From Bdellovibrionales bacterium (GTDB lineage Bacteria > Bdellovibrionota > Bdellovibrionia > Bdellovibrionales > UBA1609): a stretch of DNA of 64,000 bases. This document shows positions 1-8,439 of the stretch, one piece after another; the stretch's first letter is position 1; each line of letters starts with the position of its first letter. Location: assembly GCA_027317865.1 (NCBI GenBank), contig DAHVQG010000009.1, positions 15,937 through 79,936 of the forward strand. Reading direction: 5' to 3'. Made by a program: the position numbers and the translations under genes. The notes under the pieces are model-generated. The model was not told the origin of the DNA. It made no database searches and saw only the letters and a list, made by a program, of their open reading frames with translations.

Positions 1-477
1 TTTCTGTTGTCGTTTTTATTAGAGCCCTTCATATCTATTCGTGTTTGTTTCAGTCTGCGCGGGCTCGTGACTCTTTACTTTGGGATCAAATTTTGGAGAA
101 TCTTTCAACTCCCGAAAAATCGCTCGTATCTTGCGTGGGGGATCTGGCTTAGCGCTTGGTGTCTCGCTGTGGGCTATTTTATACCCGCAATTTGGATCAG
201 CCAAGAAGTTGATGCGCTTCACTTTTTGCTAGTTGGTGGTTTCAGTCTTCTGACACTTCTTATTGCCATGCGGGTCTCGTTTGCTCACAGCCCAGCCGGT
301 ACCGATATTGAAAAGCGATCGCCGCTGATTTTGATATTTGCGGGTCTCATTTTACTTGCGATGATTACTCGTGTGACGGCAATTATATGGCCACCAATTT
401 ATCTTGATCATTTGGGGTATGCTGCCGCTACTTGGCTCGTGGGGCTTTTGCTTTGGGGATGGCTAGTAGTGATGTGA
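1..477 (+). CDS. NnrS-like polytopic membrane protein, C-terminal part (5' end lies outside the window)
   Basis: Frame 1 is open from the window edge and encodes several hydrophobic helices. 'AMRVSFAHSPAG' resembles the RVxxGHTGR segment I associate with the NnrS family. Stop TGA at 475-477. Confidence 0.45.
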   Translation, partial: FLLSFLLEPFISIRVCFSLRGLVTLYFGIKFWRIFQLPKNRSYLAWGIWLSAWCLAVGYFIPAIWISQEVDALHFLLVGGFSLLTLLIAMRVSFAHSPAGTDIEKRSPLILIFAGLILLAMITRVTAIIWPPIYLDHLGYAAATWLVGLLLWGWLVVM

Positions 478-732
478 TCATTGCTCGGATTCGCGGCAGT
501 TTTCGACCTTTTCAAGAAGGTGACGAGAGATGTCCGCCGCTTGATTCGCCGCAAATTCGATTTTAGATGTGCACTCCAATATGGTTTGGGTGTCATTGAC
601 TTTGCGCTTGATGAGGTCGCAGTACATTTGAATTGCGCCTAGAATGTTATTTATATCATGAGCCGTACGGCCAGCGAGTATGATAATTTCGCCATCACTT
701 TTGATTGTCTGGTTTTGCTCCGTTTTCATCAT
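478..732 (-). CDS. Stand-alone HisKA/DHp (phosphoacceptor) domain protein with no ATPase domain
   Basis: 84-aa ORF. 'LAGRTAHDINNILGAIQ' matches the H-box 'GGIAHDFNNIL' of both hybrid kinases in this window and is followed by a second helix. Its start overlaps the stop of the upstream REC-HD-GYP gene (ATGA). Its stop abuts the stop of the convergent gene (TGATCA). Confidence 0.6.
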   Translation of the reverse strand: MMKTEQNQTIKSDGEIIILAGRTAHDINNILGAIQMYCDLIKRKVNDTQTILECTSKIEFAANQAADISRHLLEKVENCRESEQ

Positions 733-2090
733 CGCACACTAAACCCGGGCCCCGCGTTTTTTGTTGCAGGTCGAAATAACTGAACGAGGGCTTCGAAAAA
801 CTTCTTGTCTAAAAATGCAGCGCAATTCGATGCCATATCCTGTAACGCGTCGGCCGGAGACATTGGAGTGTATTGAGGATTTTTAATTACCCGATAACAG
901 AATTCATCAGCGACCGAAATCAGTTTAGCCATGGGATGTATGAGGGCCTTTTTCATTCCTGCCGGGTAACCACGTGATAAACAATTTTCGTGGTGTTGCT
1001 TAACAATATCAAGAACGTCGTCTGGCAGGCTTTGAATATCAATCAGAATCTCATGGCCTCGTGTTGGGTGACTTTCATAGGTTTTAACATCGTCGACATT
1101 CCACTGATATCTCGGCCTGTCGATGAGATCACGATGCAATTCTTTTATGCCAATGTCATGAAATAGGCCACCCATGGCAACTTTGATTTTGTTAGACGGT
1201 AATTGCCACTGAATATTTTGTGCGATCATCACAGCATACATGCTGACTCCCACGCTATGGGCAAGAACGTAATCGGCATGATTCCGTAGGGCATCGAGCA
1301 CTTCTAGGGCCTTAAAGTCGTCTGAAAGAATATTTAAAGTTGCATCGACAAAGGCGCCTGCTGACTCATATACATGATCATCAATGCCATCATGTCGAAT
1401 TTGCTCGTTTAAAATTTCGCCCGTATGCCGCAAGAGATTCAATTTCTTGTCTCGCGCGATAGCATCTGATTTTTGTGCCGCTTTAGCGAGTGTTAAACTG
1501 AAGCCGACATATTCGCGAAAGTCACCGATTCGAAGATAAAGAAACCGCATGCCTTTTTCGCGGTAAAACCGCACGCGATTTATCGACAGGTCCTCGCCCT
1601 TGTGCGCTAATTTTACATATTTATTGGCAGAAAGGCGCGCAAAAATATTAAACTTAATCGTTTTTCCGGTAACGAAATCATTGATTCCAAGCTTGCAATA
1701 CTGACTGTCGAGATCCACGGGCGATAGGGATGGTGAACCGGCGAGACACTGTTGGATAGCCTGAAAAAGGTCCTCGCTTTTGAACGGCTTAGGAATAAAT
1801 TCATTTACGCCCAATTCGTACGCCGCTTTTGTCTCTAGAAGTTCTGAAAAACCAGTGGTCATTATTATCGGGATCAGGCTCGATTTTCGAATGGCCTTTG
1901 TTAAATCCACCCCATCCATTTCAGGCATTTTTACGTCCGTGAATATTAAATCGAAATTGTTAGATTTCAAAATGTTTAACGCTACCTTGCCGTTGTCGGC
2001 GCTGACGATTTCGTATCCTTCGGCAATTAAATTTTTTTCGACCGACTCTCGAAAAATGAGATCGTCGTCAACCACTAAGATTTTCGGCAA
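729..2090 (-). CDS. Response regulator with HD-GYP domain (c-di-GMP phosphodiesterase family, RpfG-like)
   Basis: N-terminal receiver ('ILVVDDD', 'LIFTDVKMPEMDG', 'IPKPF'). C-terminal HD-GYP ('FHDIGIKE', 'HHENCLSRGYPAG'). TTG start 7 nt after AAGGAG. Confidence 0.85.
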   Translation of the reverse strand: MPKILVVDDDLIFRESVEKNLIAEGYEIVSADNGKVALNILKSNNFDLIFTDVKMPEMDGVDLTKAIRKSSLIPIIMTTGFSELLETKAAYELGVNEFIPKPFKSEDLFQAIQQCLAGSPSLSPVDLDSQYCKLGINDFVTGKTIKFNIFARLSANKYVKLAHKGEDLSINRVRFYREKGMRFLYLRIGDFREYVGFSLTLAKAAQKSDAIARDKKLNLLRHTGEILNEQIRHDGIDDHVYESAGAFVDATLNILSDDFKALEVLDALRNHADYVLAHSVGVSMYAVMIAQNIQWQLPSNKIKVAMGGLFHDIGIKELHRDLIDRPRYQWNVDDVKTYESHPTRGHEILIDIQSLPDDVLDIVKQHHENCLSRGYPAGMKKALIHPMAKLISVADEFCYRVIKNPQYTPMSPADALQDMASNCAAFLDKKFFEALVQLFRPATKNAGPGFSVR

Positions 2091-2109
2091 CCTTGCACTC
2101 CTTAGAAGT

Positions 2110-3207
2110 TCAGTTTTTAAGAGTGAAGAAAAATGTCGCTCCTAAACCCGGCTTGGCTTCGGCCCAAATTCTGCCACCATGGCGATGAATGATCCGCTGA
2201 ACGGTCGCCAGCCCAACGCCTGAACCTTCAAACTCCGCCTCGGTATGTAATCTTTGAAATAGACCGAAAAGTTTTGCGGCATATTGCATATCAAAACCAG
2301 CGCCATTATCTTTTACGTAGAATATTCTTTCATTTGCGCTCTTGATTTGGCCAAACTCAATCTGAGCGGCTGTCCCCAGCTTTGCGGTATACTTCCACGC
2401 ATTGGCCAAGAGGTTCGTCATTGCTACTCGAAGGAGTGTGGGATCTCCAGTCACCCAAATATCGTCGGCGATTTTTAATTGAACCCGTCGCCTCGGCTCG
2501 TTTTGTTTAAGGTCCGATAGAATCTCGGTCACCAGAGCGCTCAAATTTACTGATTGGACGGCCAATTCTTGTCGCGCTAAACGCGAAAGCGAAAGAAGCC
2601 CGTCGATCAAAATGCCCATCTTTTGTCCGGCGGCGAGCACGCGCGTGAGATAGCCTTTTGCGTTTTGCGGTAAAGCATCATTCGATTCTTCGAGGATGAG
2701 CGTGCTGAAGCCAACGATACTTCGTGCGGGGGCCCGCAAGTCGTGTGCTACAGAATAGCTAAACGACTCTAACTCTTTGTTTGCCCGCTCGAGAGCGTCT
2801 CTTGCTTGTACTAAGTCTTGATTCGCTTTTTTAATTTCCGTGACGTCTCGCGCGGCCGCATACATGAAATCGCCTACGGGCGCTGACTTCCATGACAACC
2901 ATTTGTAGCTGCCATCTTTGCATCTGTACCGATTTTCAAAACTTAGGACGTCCTTTTTGGTCGTCATTTGCTTTTCCACTTCACTTATTGTCGGTTCAAT
3001 ATCATCTGGGTGTATAAAATCGAGATAAGATTTCGCGCAAAGTTCCTCTTCCGAAAAACCAAGCGTGTGCACAAACGCCGGGTTTACTTTTTTAAAGTGT
3101 CCGTCGTAGCTAGAAATGCAGAGCATATCTAAAGAAACGGCAAAGAATTTCTCATATTCTACCGGCAAATTTTCGAGATTTTTTGTCGGGGTAAAGACAT
3201 TTTTCAT
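2110..3207 (-). CDS. PAS-domain sensor histidine kinase (HisKA + HATPase_c)
   Basis: PAS-like N-terminus, H-box 'SVAHDLRAPARSI', N/G boxes ('NLLANAWKY', 'DNGAGF', 'GSGVGLA'). Start taken at ATG 3207, which overlaps the CheY stop as ATGA; the track ORF extends to 3234. Confidence 0.85.
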   Translation of the reverse strand: MKNVFTPTKNLENLPVEYEKFFAVSLDMLCISSYDGHFKKVNPAFVHTLGFSEEELCAKSYLDFIHPDDIEPTISEVEKQMTTKKDVLSFENRYRCKDGSYKWLSWKSAPVGDFMYAAARDVTEIKKANQDLVQARDALERANKELESFSYSVAHDLRAPARSIVGFSTLILEESNDALPQNAKGYLTRVLAAGQKMGILIDGLLSLSRLARQELAVQSVNLSALVTEILSDLKQNEPRRRVQLKIADDIWVTGDPTLLRVAMTNLLANAWKYTAKLGTAAQIEFGQIKSANERIFYVKDNGAGFDMQYAAKLFGLFQRLHTEAEFEGSGVGLATVQRIIHRHGGRIWAEAKPGLGATFFFTLKN

Positions 3208-3641
3208 GCTCGTGCCTCGTTTAGCACCAACCAATAAAGTTGAAGCTGCTGAATCGCGTGTGTAAACTGTGCGATGTCCACCGGTTTTACAATGTAGCTA
3301 TTGGCGCCTTGGCTGTAGCCGTCGATCAAATCTCGCTCTTCACGCGACGAGGTTAAAATAACCACGGGCAAAGTTTTTGTCCCAGCATTTTCTCTGATTT
3401 GGCGAAGAACTTCGATTCCGCTTACTTTGGGTAAATTGAGATCAAGAAGGACAACCGTTGGCAGTGGGTCATTTTGCTTTGCCGTAAATTCGCCACGACG
3501 AAAAATGTAGTCGAGCGCTTCGGCCCCGTCTCGCACAACATCCACATGGTTTTTTACGCGGCCTTTTTGTAAGGCGATTAATGTTAATTGCTCGTCGTCC
3601 GGGTTATCTTCGACAAGTAATATTTTTTTGTCGGCTGTCAA
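3204..3641 (-). CDS. Single-domain CheY-like response regulator
   Basis: 'ILLVEDNPDD', 'VVLLDLNLPKVSG', 'IVKP' receiver motifs. TTG start 5 nt after AAGGAG. Confidence 0.85.
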   Translation of the reverse strand: MTADKKILLVEDNPDDEQLTLIALQKGRVKNHVDVVRDGAEALDYIFRRGEFTAKQNDPLPTVVLLDLNLPKVSGIEVLRQIRENAGTKTLPVVILTSSREERDLIDGYSQGANSYIVKPVDIAQFTHAIQQLQLYWLVLNEARA

Positions 3642-3835
3642 AGTCTCTCCTTATTTATTATTTTGCCGGGCTGAAAAGGTCGGGGGCGAAATAATTATTT
3701 ACGGGTCAATTAAAATTGTTGATTTAAAAATCCTACTGAAAAATAGTACGGCCGTAAAGGCTCGGGCACATCGTGTAAAGCGGTGTGGAGGTATATTTTG
3801 GACAAAAGACCTAGCACGACGGTTTATGGTCGACA

Positions 3836-3854
3836 TTAATCAAAAATTGATTAA
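3836..3854. promoter_or_regulatory. Inverted repeat TTAATCA-N5-TGATTAA, candidate operator
   Basis: Perfect 7-bp arms read directly from the sequence. It ends 9 nt before the ATG of the REC-cyclase gene, in the divergent promoter region. Confidence 0.3.
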
Positions 3855-3863
3855 CTTGTTTTT

Positions 3864-4937
3864 ATGCCAACGAATATTCGCGTTCTAATTGTCGATGACT
3901 CGAAAGATGACGCGGATTTAATAATAGCCAATCTAAAGAGGTATGGTTTTCTTGTCGTTTGTCGCAGGGTCGAATCATCTGAGGAGTTTGACGAGGCGTT
4001 CTCCTCGAGCGTGTGGGATGCCGTTCTTTGCGATTACTCAATGCCTAAACTCGACGCGCCCACAGTGCTGGGAAAAATGAAAGAGCACGATGACGTCCCT
4101 TGTTTTATAGTTTCCGGCAGCATCGGTGAGGAGCGAGCCGTCGAATTGATGCGGTTAGGTGCCCACGATTTTATTTTGAAAGATCGGCTCGTAAAACTGG
4201 GCCCCGCCCTTATGCGGGGGATTTCAGATGCCAACGAGCGCAAAGAGCGAAAACGTCTCGAAAAGTCGTTGGCAGTTAGTGAGTTAAATTTGAATCGATT
4301 GCGAAGGTTTTTTTCTCCGCAAATAGCTGACGCGATTTTGTCGGGTAAGGCCGATGATCCTTTCAAGTGGCATCGCAGTGACGTAATCGTATTGTTTATT
4401 GATCTCAGAGGTTTTACCCAATTTTCAGAGTTGGCGTCAGCCGAGCAAGTGATGGAGACGTTGCAGATATATTATTCGACTATAGCAAAAGTGGCGCATT
4501 TTCATTCGGGCTCAGTGGGGCACATCGCCGGTGATGGGATTATGATGATTTTTAACGATCCGCTTGAACTTGAGCGGCCTCGGTCTCGAGCGCTAGATGC
4601 GGCTTTGAACGTACGCGCGGCTCTTAGTGATTTGGGCGCTACGAGCCATGCCCATTTGTCATTGAATTTTGGTATTGGGTTAGCCGAAGGCCTGGCCACT
4701 ATTGGCGGTATAGGTGAAATGGGTTGCTGGGATTACACAGTCGTTGGCACTGTGCCGAACCTCGCGTCCCGGCTTTGTGCAAGTGCAACTGACGGGCAAA
4801 TTCTAGTATCGCATCGTTTTCTAAGCCGCCTTGAAGAATCATTTGAGTCGGAAAGTTTGGGGGCAAAAAGCCTCAGAGGCTTGAAAGACGCGGTTAAAGT
4901 ATTCAATGTTCTGAGTAAAAAATCAGTGACGCAATGA
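3864..4937 (+). CDS. Response regulator receiver fused to a class III nucleotidyl (adenylate/guanylate) cyclase domain
   Basis: Receiver ('VLIVDDSKDD', 'LCDYSMPKLD'). Cyclase core ('VLFIDLRGFTQFSE', 'AGDGIMMIF', 'VGTVPNLASRL'). Confidence 0.85.
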   Translation: MPTNIRVLIVDDSKDDADLIIANLKRYGFLVVCRRVESSEEFDEAFSSSVWDAVLCDYSMPKLDAPTVLGKMKEHDDVPCFIVSGSIGEERAVELMRLGAHDFILKDRLVKLGPALMRGISDANERKERKRLEKSLAVSELNLNRLRRFFSPQIADAILSGKADDPFKWHRSDVIVLFIDLRGFTQFSELASAEQVMETLQIYYSTIAKVAHFHSGSVGHIAGDGIMMIFNDPLELERPRSRALDAALNVRAALSDLGATSHAHLSLNFGIGLAEGLATIGGIGEMGCWDYTVVGTVPNLASRLCASATDGQILVSHRFLSRLEESFESESLGAKSLRGLKDAVKVFNVLSKKSVTQ

Positions 4938-4962
4938 ACGAAAAATTCGTGAGGAGAATGTT

Positions 4963-6531
4963 TTGCCAAAAACGGCCCGGGTTCTAATCGTCGAAGATTC
5001 GGTCGACGACTGTGATTTAATGGTAAATTCACTCAAAAAAGAAGGTTTTGACGTTGTCTATAGGCGCGTCGAAAGTGGACGGGACCTCATATCTGCACTC
5101 AATGAATCGGTATGGGACATCGTGATTTCTGATTATAATCTGCCGTCGTTCAACGGAATGGACGCCCTGAAGCTGGTACGAGCGAAAGACGCCGATATTC
5201 CGTTTGTTTTACGTTCGGGAACAGTCGGGGAATCCGTTGCAGTCGCGGCAATGAAATCGGGCGCAAGTGATTATATAATGAAAGACGATTCTTTGCGCCT
5301 TGTTCCGGCTATCGAACGTCAGCTCAAAGAAGCGGGTGAGCGCAAAGCACTGGCAAAAGCTCTTCGCGAAAGCGAAGAGTTAGTCCGACAATCGCAAAAA
5401 ATAGAGGCCATCGGGCAACTTGCCGGCGGCATTGCGCACGATTTCAATAACATTCTTGCGATTATCCTGTTGAGTATTGACCGGTTAATTGATTACCTGC
5501 AGAGACAGCCCAATGCGCCGGTAAATGTGGCAACCGACATTAAGAAAACGGCCGAACGTGCTGCGGAACTCACCCGTCAACTCCTGGCGTTTGGACGTCG
5601 ACAACATCTTGAGCCAAAGATTCTTGACGTCAACGAAAGCATAACGAGTACGGTTCAGTTGCTTAAGCGACTGGTAGGGGAAAACATCGAAATTCAAACT
5701 CGGCTTGAGCCTGGTTTAAAACCAATTTATGTCGACCCATCGCAACTGACACAAGTGATATTGAATCTTGCCGTCAACGCGCGCGACGCCATGCCCGATG
5801 GCGGTAGACTAACTATCGAAACAAATAACATCGATTTAAATGAAACCTACCGCAGACGGCACATTGGCGTCAAGCCGGGACCCTATGTCATGTTGTCGAT
5901 ATCAGACACGGGGTCAGGTATAGAAGCCGAACTCACGAGTCGAATCTTTGAACCATTTTTTACAACAAAAGAAAAAGGTAAAGGGACTGGCCTGGGCCTT
6001 TCAACTGTTCTTGGAATTGTAAAACAAAGCGGCGGGGACATTTCGCTGCATAGTGAAATTGGAGTTGGTACGACATTTAACATATTCCTTCCGCAGCACA
6101 CGGTGGGAGAGAATATCCTCCGAGAAAGATCCGAACCCCAAATCTTGTTAAAAAATAGCGGACGAATCTTGCTGGTTGAAGATGAAGAAATTCTCCGCGA
6201 GGTCGCAGCTCAAGTTCTTCGAGAAGCCGGATACGAAGTTATTATAACGAAAAATGGTTCCGAAGCCCTTGAGTTTATTAATAAGAAAACAGAATCCATT
6301 GACCTAATTTTGACCGACATGGTGATGCCCGGCATGAGTGGACCGGAACTCATTCAAAAGATTCGCGCGATTTCGACTGCAAGCGCGAAGTCAGCGCGAG
6401 TTATTTTCATGTCGGGATATTCTGCGCCTGAAACGTTGGATTCAACAATAGCCGCGGGAAAGGCCGTCTTTCTTCAAAAACCATTCACTTCCGATCGTTT
6501 ACTAAAGAAAGTTGCAGAGTCATTGTCATAA
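4963..6531 (+). CDS. Hybrid histidine kinase, REC-HisKA-HATPase-REC
   Basis: N-terminal receiver, H-box 'GGIAHDFNNIL', 'NLAVNARDAM', 'DTGSGI', 'GTGLGLS', C-terminal receiver ('ILLVEDEE', 'LILTDMVMPGMSG'). TTG start 6 nt after GAGGAG. Confidence 0.85.
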   Translation: MPKTARVLIVEDSVDDCDLMVNSLKKEGFDVVYRRVESGRDLISALNESVWDIVISDYNLPSFNGMDALKLVRAKDADIPFVLRSGTVGESVAVAAMKSGASDYIMKDDSLRLVPAIERQLKEAGERKALAKALRESEELVRQSQKIEAIGQLAGGIAHDFNNILAIILLSIDRLIDYLQRQPNAPVNVATDIKKTAERAAELTRQLLAFGRRQHLEPKILDVNESITSTVQLLKRLVGENIEIQTRLEPGLKPIYVDPSQLTQVILNLAVNARDAMPDGGRLTIETNNIDLNETYRRRHIGVKPGPYVMLSISDTGSGIEAELTSRIFEPFFTTKEKGKGTGLGLSTVLGIVKQSGGDISLHSEIGVGTTFNIFLPQHTVGENILRERSEPQILLKNSGRILLVEDEEILREVAAQVLREAGYEVIITKNGSEALEFINKKTESIDLILTDMVMPGMSGPELIQKIRAISTASAKSARVIFMSGYSAPETLDSTIAAGKAVFLQKPFTSDRLLKKVAESLS

Positions 6532-6546
6532 TGCTTTGACGTTGAC

Positions 6547-8391
6547 TTAGCGTCGCTTCTCAAGTTCTTCCCAACGCTTGTACTTTGCGTCGATGGTTTC
6601 TTGAAGTTTCGCCATATCCATATGAAGTTTGGCCATCTTTTGATGGTCTTTCAAAAAATCCATATTCAAACTTTGCGCCGTAAGTGCTTCGAGTTCTGCT
6701 TCGAGATTCTGGATGAGAGAGTCCATCTTTTCGAGCTCAAGTTTTTCTTTAGATGACAATCGCCCGGGAGTTTCAATATTGGGTTTGGGCTTCGTTGCGT
6801 CTATTTTTTTTGTTATTTGTTTATGTGAGTTGGATTTTGCAGTTTCATTTATGAATCCTGTGTACCATTCTTCCCATTGAAGATAGCTTGAAAATAATTG
6901 AAGCTTGCGGTCCGGACAACCTTCAGGCGGAAACGCCAAAATTTGACTTGAAACCGCATCCATAAAATAACGGTCGTGGGTAACCAGAATTACGGCGCCG
7001 TTAAATTCGGTGAGAGCATTTTCTAAAACTTCAAGTGTGTCGGAATCTAAATCATTAGTTGGCTCGTCAAGCACGAGCACCTGAGCCTCTTTTAGCATGA
7101 GTTGGGCCAATCGCAGGCGAGCCTGCTCACCACCTGAGAGTTTTGCCACGGGCAAGTCGACTTTATTGCCCGAAAATAAAAATCGATCAAGATAGCTGCG
7201 CGCATGCATGTGTTGATCACGATAGGTGACAAAGTCGCCGTGCGGGCAAATATTCTTAAAAACGCTTTGTGCAGGATTCAACGTCTCTCGGTTTTGCTCG
7301 AAATAAGAGATGTTGACGTCGCTTGCAAGCGATGATTCGGTGGCACCGATTTTTACTCGGCCAGTGTCGGGTTTTTCGTAACCGAGAATTGTTCGAATTA
7401 GCGTCGATTTACCGCAGCCATTATGACCCAATATTCCAAGTCGAGTTTTCGGAGTGATTAAGACGTCTAACCCATCAAAAAGCGCTTCGCCATTGAAAGA
7501 CTTCGAAATGCCAACTGCTTCGATCAGCTTCTTTGGTGTTTTATCGAGCTCGCCGAAGTCTAAATTTACCTTTTGGCGGCGGTTTTTCTCCGAAAGATCG
7601 CTGACATTTTCAGCGAGCTCATGCGTCGCCTCAATGCGCGCCTTTTGTTTCGTCTGCCGTGCCTTAGCCCCTCGACGTAGCCATTCTGTTTCTCGGCGAA
7701 GTGTATTGCGCAAAACCCTTTCGTGACGGGCTTGAGCATTCAGTTCTTGCTCTTTGATCTCAAGATATTTGAGGTAATCACCGGGCACATTGAGAAGTTC
7801 ATTCGGGTTGTGTGGGTCGAGATCCATTATTCGGGTCACAACGCGCTGTAAAAATAGACGGTCGTGAGTGACAATAATCATCGCGGTTGAAAGTTCGCAT
7901 AGATACTGCTCAAGCCATAGAATACTCGTCACGTCCAAGTGGTTTGTTGGTTCATCGAGTAGGAGTAATTCGGGTTCGCGCACAAGCTCGCGCGCGAGGG
8001 CGAGCCGCTTCTGCCATCCCCCAGAAAGTTTGTGAGCTAAAAATGATTCACCAAATCGATAAAAATCCATCACGGCCATCAGCTCGTAAGCGAGCGCGTA
8101 AGCGTCATCTGGATCATCGCATCTCGATATCATGGCTTCTATAATGGTTTCATTTTGGTTGAACGTTGGAGTTTGTTCGAGATAACCAAGCCGAAGCCCC
8201 TTTTTTCTGCTGATTTGCCCGGAATCAAGTTCTACTGATCCGGCAAGAATTTTTAATAAGGTAGATTTACCCGCACCGTTGGGCCCAAGAAGACCCACGC
8301 GTTCGCGTTCATCCACGCCAAAACTGATGCTGCTAAAAAGCGTTTTGCTAGAGAAGGACTTTTCTAGTTTATGGGCGTTAATTAATATCAT
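6547..8391 (-). CDS. uup: ABC-F family ATPase (two ABC cassettes, C-terminal coiled coil), Uup-like
   Basis: Two Walker A sites ('GPNGAGKST', 'GHNGCGKST'), two signatures ('LSGGWQKR', 'LSGGEQAR') and two Walker B sites ('LLLDEPTNHLD', 'LVLDEPTNDLD'). No membrane domain. Charged coiled-coil tail. Confidence 0.8.
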   Translation of the reverse strand: MILINAHKLEKSFSSKTLFSSISFGVDERERVGLLGPNGAGKSTLLKILAGSVELDSGQISRKKGLRLGYLEQTPTFNQNETIIEAMISRCDDPDDAYALAYELMAVMDFYRFGESFLAHKLSGGWQKRLALARELVREPELLLLDEPTNHLDVTSILWLEQYLCELSTAMIIVTHDRLFLQRVVTRIMDLDPHNPNELLNVPGDYLKYLEIKEQELNAQARHERVLRNTLRRETEWLRRGAKARQTKQKARIEATHELAENVSDLSEKNRRQKVNLDFGELDKTPKKLIEAVGISKSFNGEALFDGLDVLITPKTRLGILGHNGCGKSTLIRTILGYEKPDTGRVKIGATESSLASDVNISYFEQNRETLNPAQSVFKNICPHGDFVTYRDQHMHARSYLDRFLFSGNKVDLPVAKLSGGEQARLRLAQLMLKEAQVLVLDEPTNDLDSDTLEVLENALTEFNGAVILVTHDRYFMDAVSSQILAFPPEGCPDRKLQLFSSYLQWEEWYTGFINETAKSNSHKQITKKIDATKPKPNIETPGRLSSKEKLELEKMDSLIQNLEAELEALTAQSLNMDFLKDHQKMAKLHMDMAKLQETIDAKYKRWEELEKRR

Positions 8392-8439
8392 TGAGAGTGT
8401 GGGTCTCCAACTGGTATAAACTTTGTAGTATCTAAACTT

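Noticed and set aside
475-480. TGATCA, which contains the stop codons of both convergent genes back-to-back
   Set aside because: It is real but probably a coincidence of genome compaction. I use it only as evidence that the DHp-only ORF is bounded by its neighbour and is not an assembly truncation.
3628-3888. 86-aa ORF across the divergent promoter region 3642-3863
   Set aside because: It spans two gene starts and an AT-rich promoter region, has no SD and has an implausible composition.
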